Assembly: GCA_045837725.1 (NCBI GenBank) | Contig: JBEWZL010000300.1 | Location: forward strand, 62,001-126,000 | From: Vermamoeba vermiformis | Lineage: Eukaryota | Reading direction: 5' to 3' | DNA length: 64,000 nt | In this document: positions 38,563 to 50,182 of the stretch, piece by piece | Layout of the letters: every line of letters starts with the position of its first letter | Numbering within the stretch: the first letter of the stretch is position 1 | Made by a program: the position numbers and the translations under genes | The notes under the pieces: model-generated | Told to the model about the DNA's origin: nothing | The model's database searches: none | The model's input: the letters and a program-made list of their open reading frames with translations, nothing else

Positions 38563-39803
38563 ATGAGATCGAGTGCACTATGCTTGATACTTTTAGGAGC
38601 ATGTTTGCTCGTTAGTTGGACTCACGCAGAGACTCCCGCTGAAGAACTGGTCAGATTGGTCAACGACTATCGGCAGCAAAACAATCTTACGCGCATTCCA
38701 ATGTCGTATTCATTGACTAAGGTACGCATAATATTTAAGAGTATTGATCATAAACTGTTCTAGGCCCAAATTAATTACGAAATAACGTGTCTATGTCCAC
38801 AATAATTTCATTTCGTCCGGTCCCAAGAATCTTTTTATTTTGAAATTTATCAATGGAGCTATTAGCGTATAATGGTACTAATAATATTATCTACTACAGA
38901 CTGCTATTTTGCATACGTTGGATCAGAACGCGCACGGTGCTACGACGTTTACCGGCTCGTGCATTCAACACTCGTGGAGTGACTACGGCTATGGTGAATG
39001 GGTTGGCTGTTGCTATGACACACAAGCGTCCAATCCTGGATGCATGTGGTGGAAGCCAAAGGAAATTACGGGAGGAGTTTTTACCGGCTACGGCTTTGAG
39101 AACGCAGCTTGGGCCTCTCCTAGTATCACAGCTTCACGTAAGTGAACATTAAGAGATCAATAGTTGTAGTACTGTTACTCGAGACTCGCTTTTTTGGATC
39201 TCGAGATCAGTTACTCCGAAATTACGAATGTTAATATGTTATTGCAGAGGCACTGCAGCTTTGGCAAGGTGATGCTCCCCATAACAACGTAATATTGAAC
39301 CTTGATATATGGAAAAGTTACCCTTGGCTAGCAATCGGAGCGTCTGTTTGTGGTGAATACGCTGTTGTTTGGTTTTCTAATTGTAAGTTCTGAATATGAT
39401 TATTTATTAATATTATTGCGCATCGGATAGAATAATAATATTCGTCAAATGTATCAATAATTTAATTAACGATTCAATTTTTTCAGCTGCCGATCCGGAT
39501 ACTACCTCTCCTAGCACTTTGACTTGCGATACCGTAAGCTTGCCCTCGCCACCGACTACTAACTCGCCTCCCTCTACTAATCCTCCGACACCATCCAACC
39601 CACCTCCATCAACGAATCCACCTTCTGCAACTCCTGCTGTTGGAAATCCATCGAATTCACCCGTTGACGGGTCTGTTCCTGGTGTTAACCCTAGTAATAG
39701 TGCTCCTAAGAGCGGTACTACACCCGGAAGCAAACTAACTAGCAACGCGAACGCGATCGGCTTCGCTTTCGGTTTGATTTCATTCTTGCTTGTATTATTC
39801 TAA
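38563..39803 (+). CDS. CAP/SCP-domain protein, predicted GPI-anchored, copy 2
   Basis: Paralog of copy 1 with the same four-exon layout and a longer Pro/Ser/Asn stalk; C-terminus ..AFGLISFLLVLF. Confidence 0.85.
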
Positions 39804-40018
39804 TTTTGGCTGTGGATTAAATATCCGTATAAATTTTATTGCCATGGAGGCATTGTTGGTCTTGTGTCATATTTTGTTGATTTTAAAATGACCGTTTTTT
39901 TTTGCCGTGTAATTCGCTTGCAAAAATATTTTCGGTTATAGAATTATTTTGCCCAGATAACGACAAGGGCTCGTTGACTAGTATATTATATCATCCGACA
40001 GATAAAGCTTTGAGGCAA

Positions 40019-43000
40019 ATGGTCAAGGCTACCTTGTTGCTTTTGACACTTGTCCTGTTCGGATTCAGCTTGACACCCGGTAAACAATCAAAATATTACG
40101 ATTTGTATTATTAAATATATTCATTATGACAATTTAATGTTGTATTCTTGCGAGCGATTCGGTAATAATTTGGATCGACCCGCGTGTCAATTAATTTTTC
40201 ATTTGGCCAATCGCTTTTTAACAAATTAAGATATCCTATATCAAATCAATGCTTTTTATAATATTTCATATTAATTTCATGATTAGTGTTGGGCGGTCAG
40301 CAATTTTTCGCTGCAACTACTTGGACCCAAGTTGGCCAAATTGAAGCAGGAGGATTATTACGATTTGCTTGGAAGCCTGTGTGCCTAGGTAATTAATAAC
40401 GCCAATTAATAAGGAAAATTTTGAGCGGCAAGGTCTCGATCTGCAACAACTGACGTTTGACGCGATCGAAATCCGAAACGCTTCGAGATTGCCGGTCCAA
40501 AACTAATTATCCTATATTTAGGCTCGTATAAATTAGGCGATGCATTCACAAATGCTATTAATTTGAAGCCCACGGGCTTGGCTTGCGTCGGTCCGGAAAG
40601 CACAAATTTTGTTCCTATTCCCGAGTCCGCGTTTCAGCAGAATTTCAACGTAGGAGATATTACCTTCTACCAGAGCAACAACGGTAAGCATTTGAACGAA
40701 TATTAACTTGATCTGAATTTATTCTGATTTAAATTTTCATTTTTTAATGTTATTGTGATCTGCTCGCAACTAATCGCTAAATATTCATTCAAGATACATA
40801 CCAAGTGCTTGGACACGTTATTGTATCCTCAAAGAGTGGCCCTGATGCATTGAAAGGTTACGCTGCTTTTACTGGATCCTGCCTCGTTGACGTAAGTTCT
40901 AAAATAGCATAAAATTAGTAAAATGCAATTTCAAAATATTACGCGTTATATTACAATTCGCTTGATTAAAATTAATCGCATTTTATTTTTAGTGCTCTGG
41001 TCAAGGTTCCACTTACACCTTCAATAATACAATTAATGTCGTTCGTTTTGATATATTTAACGGGGCTAATGGATTTACTCCCACGAGCTTATTTCAATTA
41101 AATAACGAAACTGCGACTCCCGTTCCTTTTCCGTATTGCTTGGATCAAACATGTAAGTCGAGGAATAATACGAATTATGGCAATACTATTAGCATTTAGC
41201 ACAAATTACCGAATTAATTTTTGTCCAGAACGGCACCAATTATGATTTTTCATTTTTTTTTGGATGTGTTTTGCACGAGGATTTTACTAATCGTAGTATA
41301 TTTTAAGGCATTTGCGATACTTGCGTGAACGGTACTTGCACTCCTTACGGCAATTGTGCTTGTCCTGATGGCTGGACTGGTCAACGTTGCGATAGTAAGC
41401 CCCGCGAACATCGCACCTCGGATCTGGTTTCCGAACTTTACTAACACTTTATTCATAGTTGATGTGGATGAATGTGCTGAAAATATCGATCTTTGCCACC
41501 CGTTAGCCATTTGCACTAACTACCCCGGTGGTTACAACTGTTCTAACTGTCCGTCTGGTTACACCACGAGTTTTGTTGGTGGTGTTCAAAAATGCACTGG
41601 TAAAAATTCGCAAATAATACTATTCCGCTATTCTATCAATTTATTAATGATATATAATTAGATATCAATGAATGCACGAACGCCACGTTATGCGCAGCTC
41701 CAACGCCTAATTGTGTTAATTTGCCGGGTAGTTATGTTTGTAACAACTGCACGGGAGAGCAAATTAATGGTGCAGGCCCTGGTGGATGCATTGGTAAGAC
41801 TATCTATCAATACAAATACTCTGATATTATATTAACTGGATTTAGATCAATTCTGCGGTGATAAAGTGCTTGAAGTTGGTGAAGGGTGCGAGTTTGGAGG
41901 TAATTATACACGTACTAGTATTTGAATACTGCAAATCTGATAATGTTTTTCCTTTTATAGACATCGGTTGTGTTAACTGCACGTGCATCGCCCCGCAATA
42001 TGTTTCGACTGTTAACGTCACCGACAACTGCGAGGTGAAGTGCGGCAATGGTCGCAAAGATGCAGGTGAACAGTGTGACGGTGGTGTTGGCTGTGACCCA
42101 TTGTCGTGCATGTGCAAGACGTCGATTGGCTACGCTCCTTCTGCCACTTCAACTAGCTGTGTCAAACGTAAGATCACACGAGCTCAAGCAATGTTATCAA
42201 TGAAACTAACACTTTTTTAGTTGCGTTGACTGACGGTTGCAGTGCGCTGACAGACTGCGGCGAGTGCATTTTGTTGAACTGCGTGTGGTGTACTGGCAAC
42301 GCAACGTGTGCTCCGACTCGTACTACAAACGATTGCAAAAGTGAGTGTATTATTATCACGTTATATTTTTAAGCTTTTGATTAACGAGTACTTACTTAGC
42401 CTCGTGTCCTATTGTTGTCCCGCCAAGTTCGACGCCGTTGACTCCTGGTGCCTTGAGCCCTGACACCGCCACACCCAGCGACGGACTTGGTGGCGCACCG
42501 GGCCCTAGCAAAGACGAAACCAATTTGATTGTCGGACTTGTCGTTGGTATCGGAGGTGCTGCAATCATTGCGGCTGCTTTGCTCGCTGTACTCCTCTCAC
42601 GAAGGTAAGTTTAAAAAAACATCACGTGTGGCTCGGGCTAACGCTTGCTTTTTTTAGAAACAAAAGGAAGAAAGAAGCCTTGCTCACGACTTCTCAACGA
42701 GGTTTGGCTGGCATGAGCCAATCTCCTGCGTCCATGTCCAAATATGGTATTGAACGTACAGAACTTTACACGCGATCTGCGGCTGAGGAATGGGTGCCAC
42801 CAGAGGACTCAATGTACGATATCCGAAAGTTATAATAATATGCGTTACTAACACGTTTAACTTTTTAGTGATGTTCCATTGAAGAGTTTGCCTTTAGAGG
42901 TATGTTTCAGTGAATTAACGAAGGCCGGTTGGAAATTAACGGTTTTTTTGACAGGTGTCAAAAGAAACTCTTGACTTTGGCACGGGTTTCAATCAATTCA

Positions 43001-44570
43001 AAGTCGGTCAAGTGTACGTCGATCACTTCACGCTCTCATACGGCAAGAAGATGAAAGAAGACGGCATTGACTTCGCTTTCCACGTGCCTCATTCTCCGAA
43101 ATTCACGATCTCGTTTAACCCTGAAAAGGGAACTGTCAAGAAAGACAAGCCAGTAGAAATCGAGGTCAGTTTGACGATGAACATGACCACTGAAATTGAA
43201 GTCGCTACTGGTCTCGAATTGCCTGGTAAGTCTCACTTGCAAATTTAGATCTGGGCTTACCTCTGCCGACATTAATTTCTAACTATTGGTCCTTTATAGA
43301 ACAAAAGACACATTGCTTCTTCGTTCTCAATGTTATTAGCGAGCCCTCACCGTTAATTGACTTTGACGAGTTGGTGTTTGATAACAACAAAGTACTCGGT
43401 GACGGTGCTTACGGAACTGTGTACCGTGGTAGAGTAAGTGTTGTATAACGCAAGAACACGTTCACGTTCATTTAGAAGGCGGGTATATTAATAATATATT
43501 GTAGTATCGTGGTCAAGATGTCGCCATCAAGGTGTTGAAGATGCAAGATCTGCCCACTGAAATGCTTGACGAGTTCGATCGTGAAATCGATCTTATGACC
43601 AAACTGCGTCACAAAAATATTGGTAAGTCGAATATAACATCGTATATATAACAGGTTAACCTAACTCTATTTAGTGCAATTCATTGGTGCATCCAAGTTG
43701 CTCGGCAAGTTGGCAATTGTAACTGAATTTATTGAGCTTGGAAGCGTTATGGTGAGTGCCATTGATACTATAATAATATTTTATACTCACATGCTCTATA
43801 GGGACACTTGAAGAAAGGTACTTTGGATCACGGCCTCACGGTTAAGATCGCGCTGGATGCCGCTCGAGCTGTCAACTTTTTGCATCAAAATCGTATCTTG
43901 CATCGTGACTTGAAGCCTGACAACTTATTGGTAAGCATGGTTTGCCATATTGATATTACTGAACTCTTTCTTACGACATCTTTAGCTCGTGTCCAAATCG
44001 CGAGATCCATCAGCTGTCACGGTCAAGTTGGCTGACTTTGGTACTTCAAGGTAATGATTATATAATATTAAACTGTTTTAATAGCATGAAATAACCTTTT
44101 TGCAATAATAGAGCCGTGTCAGAAAAGATGGCGAGCAAGTATACCACGGGCATTGGTACTCCTTTGTATATGGCCCCTGAAATCTTGGCTAAGAAACAAT
44201 ACGACTTAAAGGCAGATATTTTCAGGTAAGATATAAATTGCCCATAAATTCATTACTCTAACCTAGTTTACAACGTCAACCTGACCGCTTGATCCGGATC
44301 CAAAAAATCATTCTAACAATTTTTTTTCGTAGTTTTGGCGTCATTCTATGGGTATTATATGCCGGCAAAGAGCCCTACGGCCATTTAGAACACTCGTGGG
44401 ACGTGGCTAAATTCGTCTCGGAGGGTAACAGAGAAGAGATCGGCCTTGACTGTCCTGCAGGATACAAGCGCATTATTGAAATATGCTGGGCTCAAAATCC
44501 AGAAGATAGACCGACTTCTGAAGAGTTGCTCGAAGAATTGGAGCAGTTGTATAGTAAAGAAAAGAAGTAG
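40019..44570 (+). CDS. Transmembrane receptor kinase (EGF/cbEGF Cys-rich ectodomain, TM, TKL kinase)
   Basis: Signal peptide; DVDECA..CTNYPGGYNC, DINECT; CGNG..GEQCD repeats; TM LIVGLVVGIGGAAIIAAALLAVLL; kinase LGDGAYGTVY, VAIK, HRDLKPDNLL, DFG, GTPLYMAPE. Confidence 0.92.
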
Positions 44571-44738
44571 TAGAGTAATTTATTTTTGTTAACAAGTAAA
44601 ACTATTTATATACCTTTGCAGCGAGTAATTTCATTGATTAGAATTTAATTTTCAAATTATTATGATTGAGCGATGCGAATTCAAGTTGACTTTTTGGCGC
44701 CGTTGGTTTTTGAGTCACTCATTTGAACTTGATTAACA

Positions 44739-47700
44739 ATGCTGCACCCACAACTGATCAGACGTCGCCGATATTTCCCTTATGAGGGCTTAGAAGCAAC
44801 AGACTACTCACGGGATGAATACGTTAAACACTTGCACAACAGCAATATCGAAGGAGAACCGGGATCGAGTGAATCTAAGTACTATCGCAGCTTCATTCCA
44901 AATGATGACTATGATTATTTTTACGACATTGTATCAAATGAATGGGATGCAGTGGAGCGCTGTGGAACACCGTACGTGCGTTGGAACGAAAGTAAGATCT
45001 TTTAGCTACCCGGTTTCAAATTAAAGAATTTAATACTCATAAATATACCCTAATTTTCTAAATAATTATCATATTTTAATTAGCTATTTTTACGTTCGAT
45101 CCATCGCCAACTACCGAAATATCTTTTCCTGGAAATTTACAGTCACGTGCTTTTTAGGGCACAAAGCGCTAGAGCCTATGGTCCCGACTATTTGCACTGG
45201 TCAACACACGATACCTTCACTCCTCAACAAGACGTTGTTCAAGATCGCTGCCATGATTAACAGCTCTATGGAGACAGATCCGCGATTCCGTGCGTATAAA
45301 ATCATAACGAATTCACTATGGCTTATTACTTCATATCATAGTTGAAGCGATACCTAGCTCATTGATGGAGAGAATTATTCCGCAGCTGTCATTTCAAGCG
45401 TTGAAGAGACTGTTCGGCAATGATTGGACTAATTTCCTTGGGCCTTCTAAATATCGCACTTTATTGGCGTGGTACGAACTGATTATCATTAAAATACGTG
45501 TTGTATATTAACGGCAATTATAGTATCAAAAACGAAGAAGATGTCCATCGGTACTTATACTATTACAACTCGTCACATCCACTTCTGAAAACAGAAATTT
45601 TGTTGAAAGTATTCGATATGAAGGATCAATTAACGTTTGAGCCTCTTCCCAGCACTGTAAGCGTATTTGTTGTACAACAAAAAATTTATCTAATTGCTTG
45701 CTAGGAACCATTAATTTGTCGGGCTCACAAGAAAGGTTTCTACCGCAATTATCAGTTCACTAACTGGCCCAATAATGATCGGAAACAACCTGATTTCGAA
45801 GTTGCACCTGGCGATCCAGTGATTGTCGATAGAGAGACTTTTGACAAACGATTTGAGGTACGATTGGTCCTTTGACACGTGTCAAATTATTGTTCCTTAG
45901 ATTATCTTTGGTTACTTCAAAAAGCAGAATTAATCGCTCCTATTACTATATGTAGCCTACTAAAATCATTTTACTGACCCTGGTTTATTCTAGAATTATA
46001 CTTTGGGCGTGTTCAAAAACTTTGACTGGAGCAACATTTTCGTGGCTGGTGGATCGGTCTTGCACTGCTTGCGACAGATGAAAGGTGCTGACACTGACGA
46101 GGAGCTGGAAGAAGTGTTCGAGAGTTTCTACGATTGGTCCGATATCGACATGTACATTTACGGCCTGGACGAGAAAGAAACCAAGGATAAAGTATAAATG
46201 CTTATATGTTTCGTTCGAATTAACGGTTATATCTAGGTCGTGGAAATCTACGACAACGTCAAAAAAATGTTTCCGAAATTATTTGTTGTCGAGTCTAAGA
46301 ACACATTCACGTTGTTCGCGACAGGCATGCGACCCATTCAAGTCATCACTGCGTATGTATCGTTGTAGTAGCCGACACGCACTAACATATGCAGCATGTA
46401 CAAATCGATTGAAGAGATCTTGTTGAGCTTTGACTTGGGCTGTATCATGGGTACGACACAACTTTTTTGTGTGAAAAAACGTTCGCGAAAACTATTGATG
46501 GCATTTCGGTGCTACGAAACCAACCTTTACGTTCACTGAATGAGTTACAGATGTCAAGTTCTTTTTTTCTAACGCTATTCTTTTAGTCGGATATAACGGC
46601 AAAGATGTTCTCTGCTTGCCAAGGTAATCACGAAATTCAGCGAAAACCGTCAATCTAACCTCTTTCATGAACAGATTTCTCGTGTCAATGAAGTACTTGA
46701 CGAATCACCTCGACAGCGATATGAACTTGTCCAATAAGTTGCAGTGGTTCAGATTGCAGAAGTATGCCGTTCGATACTTCAACAGCACTCTGCCAGTTGC
46801 ATTTAGATTTCACGGGCTCAACGGATTTGGTAAAAAAAAAATCATCGCAAATTCGTGAAATTTCACAAATTTAATAACACTTTTATTAGACCAAGGAATG
46901 CCGCACGTTGAACAGATTCGTGAAAAAGACGTCGAACTAGCGTTCAAAAAGATCGTCGAAATAATGTCGTTGAGCAAGATGTCGCTTCTTGAACAAACCT
47001 TGCCCAAGTTCTGGATGAATTTTCCGTTCAAGTGGTCCGTCAGATGGCACCAAGGGTACGCTAGCCACCGCTATCATATGATGATGATACTTATCAATCT
47101 ATGTAACAGCCTATCGTTTAATTATCTTCGTTCTTCTTTCGATGAAACACGTGCACTTGAGCGATGGAGCGTGGAAAAAGAATTGTCCGAAGAATTCAGC
47201 AACATGGATCTGAACTTTTTGACTAGCGTTCAAGACTACGGCTTCTGGGTACGACGATATACTATATGTCTTTATAATTCAAATGCTAATTGTTATTATT
47301 TTAAGGACGAGCCTCCTGCCTATCCAACCGCGCCGACTTGGTCCATGGAAGACGCCAAACAAAATGCTGCGGATCGGTTTAAAAAGTTAGTTTGTGAATA
47401 CCAGATTAATACTACTTATAGCTAATTGATCGGTATTTTCAGTTTGAAAGAAGAGAATAAGGCCTCGAATGTAACGGGATTGAAGAATATTTTGAAAAAA
47501 GTCAAATTGAATCCGTTCACTGAAAGTACGTTTCATGAATGGCCATTATCCGATTTAACAGTTTGAATATTAGGTTTGCTACAATGTTATTATCTCGATG
47601 CTATAGTCGAATGCAAAACGTGCAACCGAACAACGCAGATCCAAAACGATGAGAAGCCTTACATGCGTATGGCATAGCAATCATACTTTCAATCGAATTT

Positions 47701-48613
47701 TCGTTTAATATAATACATTTGCAGGACTTAATAGCGCCATGTCAACGATCAGTTATTCCATCGAGAGCTGTGAATTTGAATGGAACAATCTCTCACACTC
47801 GACGGTCGGCCAGATCCAAAGTGAAATTTTGCAGCTCGGAGGATCTTATTGGTAATACATAATAGTACTATTTATTATGCAATACTAACTTGGTGTTTGG
47901 GATAGGCGATTGTGTCTCGAAATTCCCAAAAAAGGAAATTTACTTTGGCTGAGACTCAACAAGCTCGATGACGTCGTTGAAACTGAACGAAAGAGACTGA
48001 TGGGCCAGTACTTTGTCAACTTTGTGATCACTCTCAGAAACACCGATCTGGCGCACAACGAGTTCGACCTGCACTTTGGTATGTGAATCATCTCTCCTCA
48101 ACCAATCAATATTTCGGCGCATCCATACAACTCGATTTTTTTGCGATGACAACCATAATGTTGCGCACTCTCCCAACCTTCCTGGGCAAGGTATCAATAT
48201 AAATCCCATATGGCAACCATGCCGTTAGGGATGTCACTGGATACGCCTAATTAGGAAAGTCCAACGTGACTATGGGGTCGCGTGACGAGCGGTTGTTTTC
48301 GAGAAAAAATCGGGCTCAGTATGAATTTGAATGTGTCGAACAGTAATATATTAGCTGTGCTAACGAATTGGAACTTTTGACAGATGGCTCATTCATTTTC
48401 AAGAATGAAGAAAGCACCGACCAATGGAAGACGTTCATTTACAGACCATACATCTTCAAACCTAAAGAATTCGATGTTGAGCCGTTGGACATGCCGTACA
48501 TCATCGGTAACATGGTGCAATCTGAAGTGGCGTTTGTGCATGATGATGGCAGTGTCAAAGGCAAAATTACAATGCAATTTCACACGCCTAATCTGGAAGT
48601 CGTTAATATTTAA
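44739..48613 (+). CDS. Large protein with a pol-beta-like nucleotidyltransferase-type motif block and a C-terminal MATH/TRAF-like domain
   Basis: FDWSNIFVAGGSVL..SDIDMYIYGL..PIQVI..SIEEILLSFDL..RLQKY. C-terminal FEW..QSEILQLGGSYWRL..FVNFVITLRN..F..WKTFI. The last exon joins in frame via intron 48079-48383. Confidence 0.65.
48113..48340 (+). ncRNA. Candidate structured intronic RNA (long imperfect hairpin, pre-miRNA-like)
   Basis: Nested complementary segments: TTCGGCGCAT/ATGTGTCGAA, CATAC/GTATG, CTCGATTTTTT/AAAAAATCGGG, ACAACC/GGTTGT, GTTGCGC/GCGTGAC, TTCCT/AGGAA, ATCCC/GGGAT, ATGGCA-acca-TGCCGT. Several G.U pairs occur on the sense strand. Confidence 0.5.
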
Positions 48614-48873
48614 TTTAACGATGTTTGTGGCGATCAAAATCGATCACGTTTTAATGCCACGTGTAGCCAGCATTAAATTTTTTACGTTTGCATACTATTT
48701 GCTGTCGTGTCGTTTAATATTATTGCTGTCCGATAATTACTAAATTAGATAGATTGATATAAACTAACCGGAAATTTTTTTTATGGTTTCGAAGGCGTGG
48801 TGACTTCAATTTTTGTGTAAATTTTACTTGAGACGCTTGCTAAATATTACAATAACATTATTTAATAATTAAA

Positions 48874-49285
48874 TTAGTGTTGCGGAGGATTTTTCCAAGC
48901 TTGTTGACAGGCCATAGTAAATTCTTGAAGATCGATTCTTCCGGACTCGTCTTTTTCAAGCTAAAAATATTTTATCAGCGAAATGTATTTTAGGAATATA
49001 AATATAGCGAGATATATCGTAAATTTACCGCTGGAATATTATTGAATTTTTTTAAAAAATATCTTGTTCACAAAATCTTACGTCGTCCCACTTGGGAGGC
49101 TCCGGATCGAATCCACCATTTACAGATTTGTCTTCCGTAATATTCTTAATAGCTTCGTTGAATTGGGCTTGAGTCAGCAGATCTTCACCGGCGGTATCCA
49201 CTTTTTGAAAATGTTGGAAGAAGAACTTGGCAGTAGCGACGGCTTTGGTCTTATAGTTCGGTCCAGTAGGCCACAAGTTCGACAT
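48874..49285 (-). CDS. Small protein with two degenerate EF-hand-like motifs
   Basis: FQKVDTAGEDLLTQAQF and, after the intron, LEKDESGRIDLQEF; ends KNPPQH*. Confidence 0.6.
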
Positions 49286-49444
49286 TGTGTTAGTTGAATA
49301 TTTGTTGATGTATTAAAAAAAGCAGAAATTAATTTTCGTCAGATCAATTCCTGATCTCCTCGCGAGTCGTATTAATCTCCATATAATATTTATTCGCTAA
49401 TTATATACATAATTATGCAACTAAGGATGTTGATAATTGTCACT

Positions 49445-49687
49445 TTACATGAAGGCATTGACCGTAGAATGTTCTCTTTTCTTGATCGCTTGAAGAAGTT
49501 GGTGTCGCAGCATCATTTTCTGCTCGTCCGTTAATGACAATATAGAAGCATCAATTGCAATAGGATCATTCAGCATTTCAGTCGTCATATGCACCGGATC
49601 GTGTTTTAAAACATTGATCAGATCTTGATGGCCTCCCGGCAGCGCACCAAGTTGATCCATAAGTTCTGTTATGTTCGACATGGACAT
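49445..49687 (-). CDS. Small hypothetical protein (80 aa, weakly SAM-like)
   Basis: Intronless ORF with helical composition; the C-terminal LRHQLLQAIKK resembles the last SAM helix. Confidence 0.4.
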   Translation of the reverse strand: MSMSNITELMDQLGALPGGHQDLINVLKHDPVHMTTEMLNDPIAIDASILSLTDEQKMMLRHQLLQAIKKREHSTVNAFM

Positions 49688-49798
49688 GTTTCGTTATATT
49701 ATGGCTCTGAATAACAATTTGTAAGATCAGAAATGGTTTTGAGCCTTTTTCTATTTTTGGATCGTCTTTTCGAACACTACTAATCACTGAGTACAGAC

Positions 49799-50059
49799 AT
49801 GAAAAAAGCGATGGAGCCAAAACCAAACACGTCATGGACAGCTGAACAAGTGGCAGATTGGGCACAGCACTACTTGACCTTTGACAATGAAGAAGCAGCG
49901 ATTTTAAAGAGAGAAAGAGTTGATGGCCGAGCCCTATATTGTATCCCTAGTTTGAGCGCTCTGTATTATCTCCACGGCATACGTGCTAGCCGTGCAAACA
50001 TTTTGTGGACTGAGATTGAAAAACTGAAGAAGGCTAAGAACAAAGGTAGCAAAACATAA
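49799..50059 (+). CDS. Stand-alone SAM-domain protein
   Basis: SWTAEQVADW..ILKRERVDGRALY..L..HGI..RANILWTEIEKLK matches the SAM consensus. Confidence 0.7.
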   Translation: MKKAMEPKPNTSWTAEQVADWAQHYLTFDNEEAAILKRERVDGRALYCIPSLSALYYLHGIRASRANILWTEIEKLKKAKNKGSKT

Positions 50060-50182
50060 CTAGCAAAATCGTTTGGTTTAGCAAAGAAATGCTATTATTT
50101 GTTAAACTGTCTTTTGCTGTTCAATAAATCAGCAATATTTTATGTTTCAGTATTGTTATTTTGCTTGCTAGTAAGAATTGGT

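Noticed and set aside
48113-48340. SRP RNA, tRNA or snoRNA identity for the intronic hairpin
   Set aside because: No SRP helix-8 motif, no cloverleaf and no convincing C/D or H/ACA boxes. Kept only as an unclassified hairpin.
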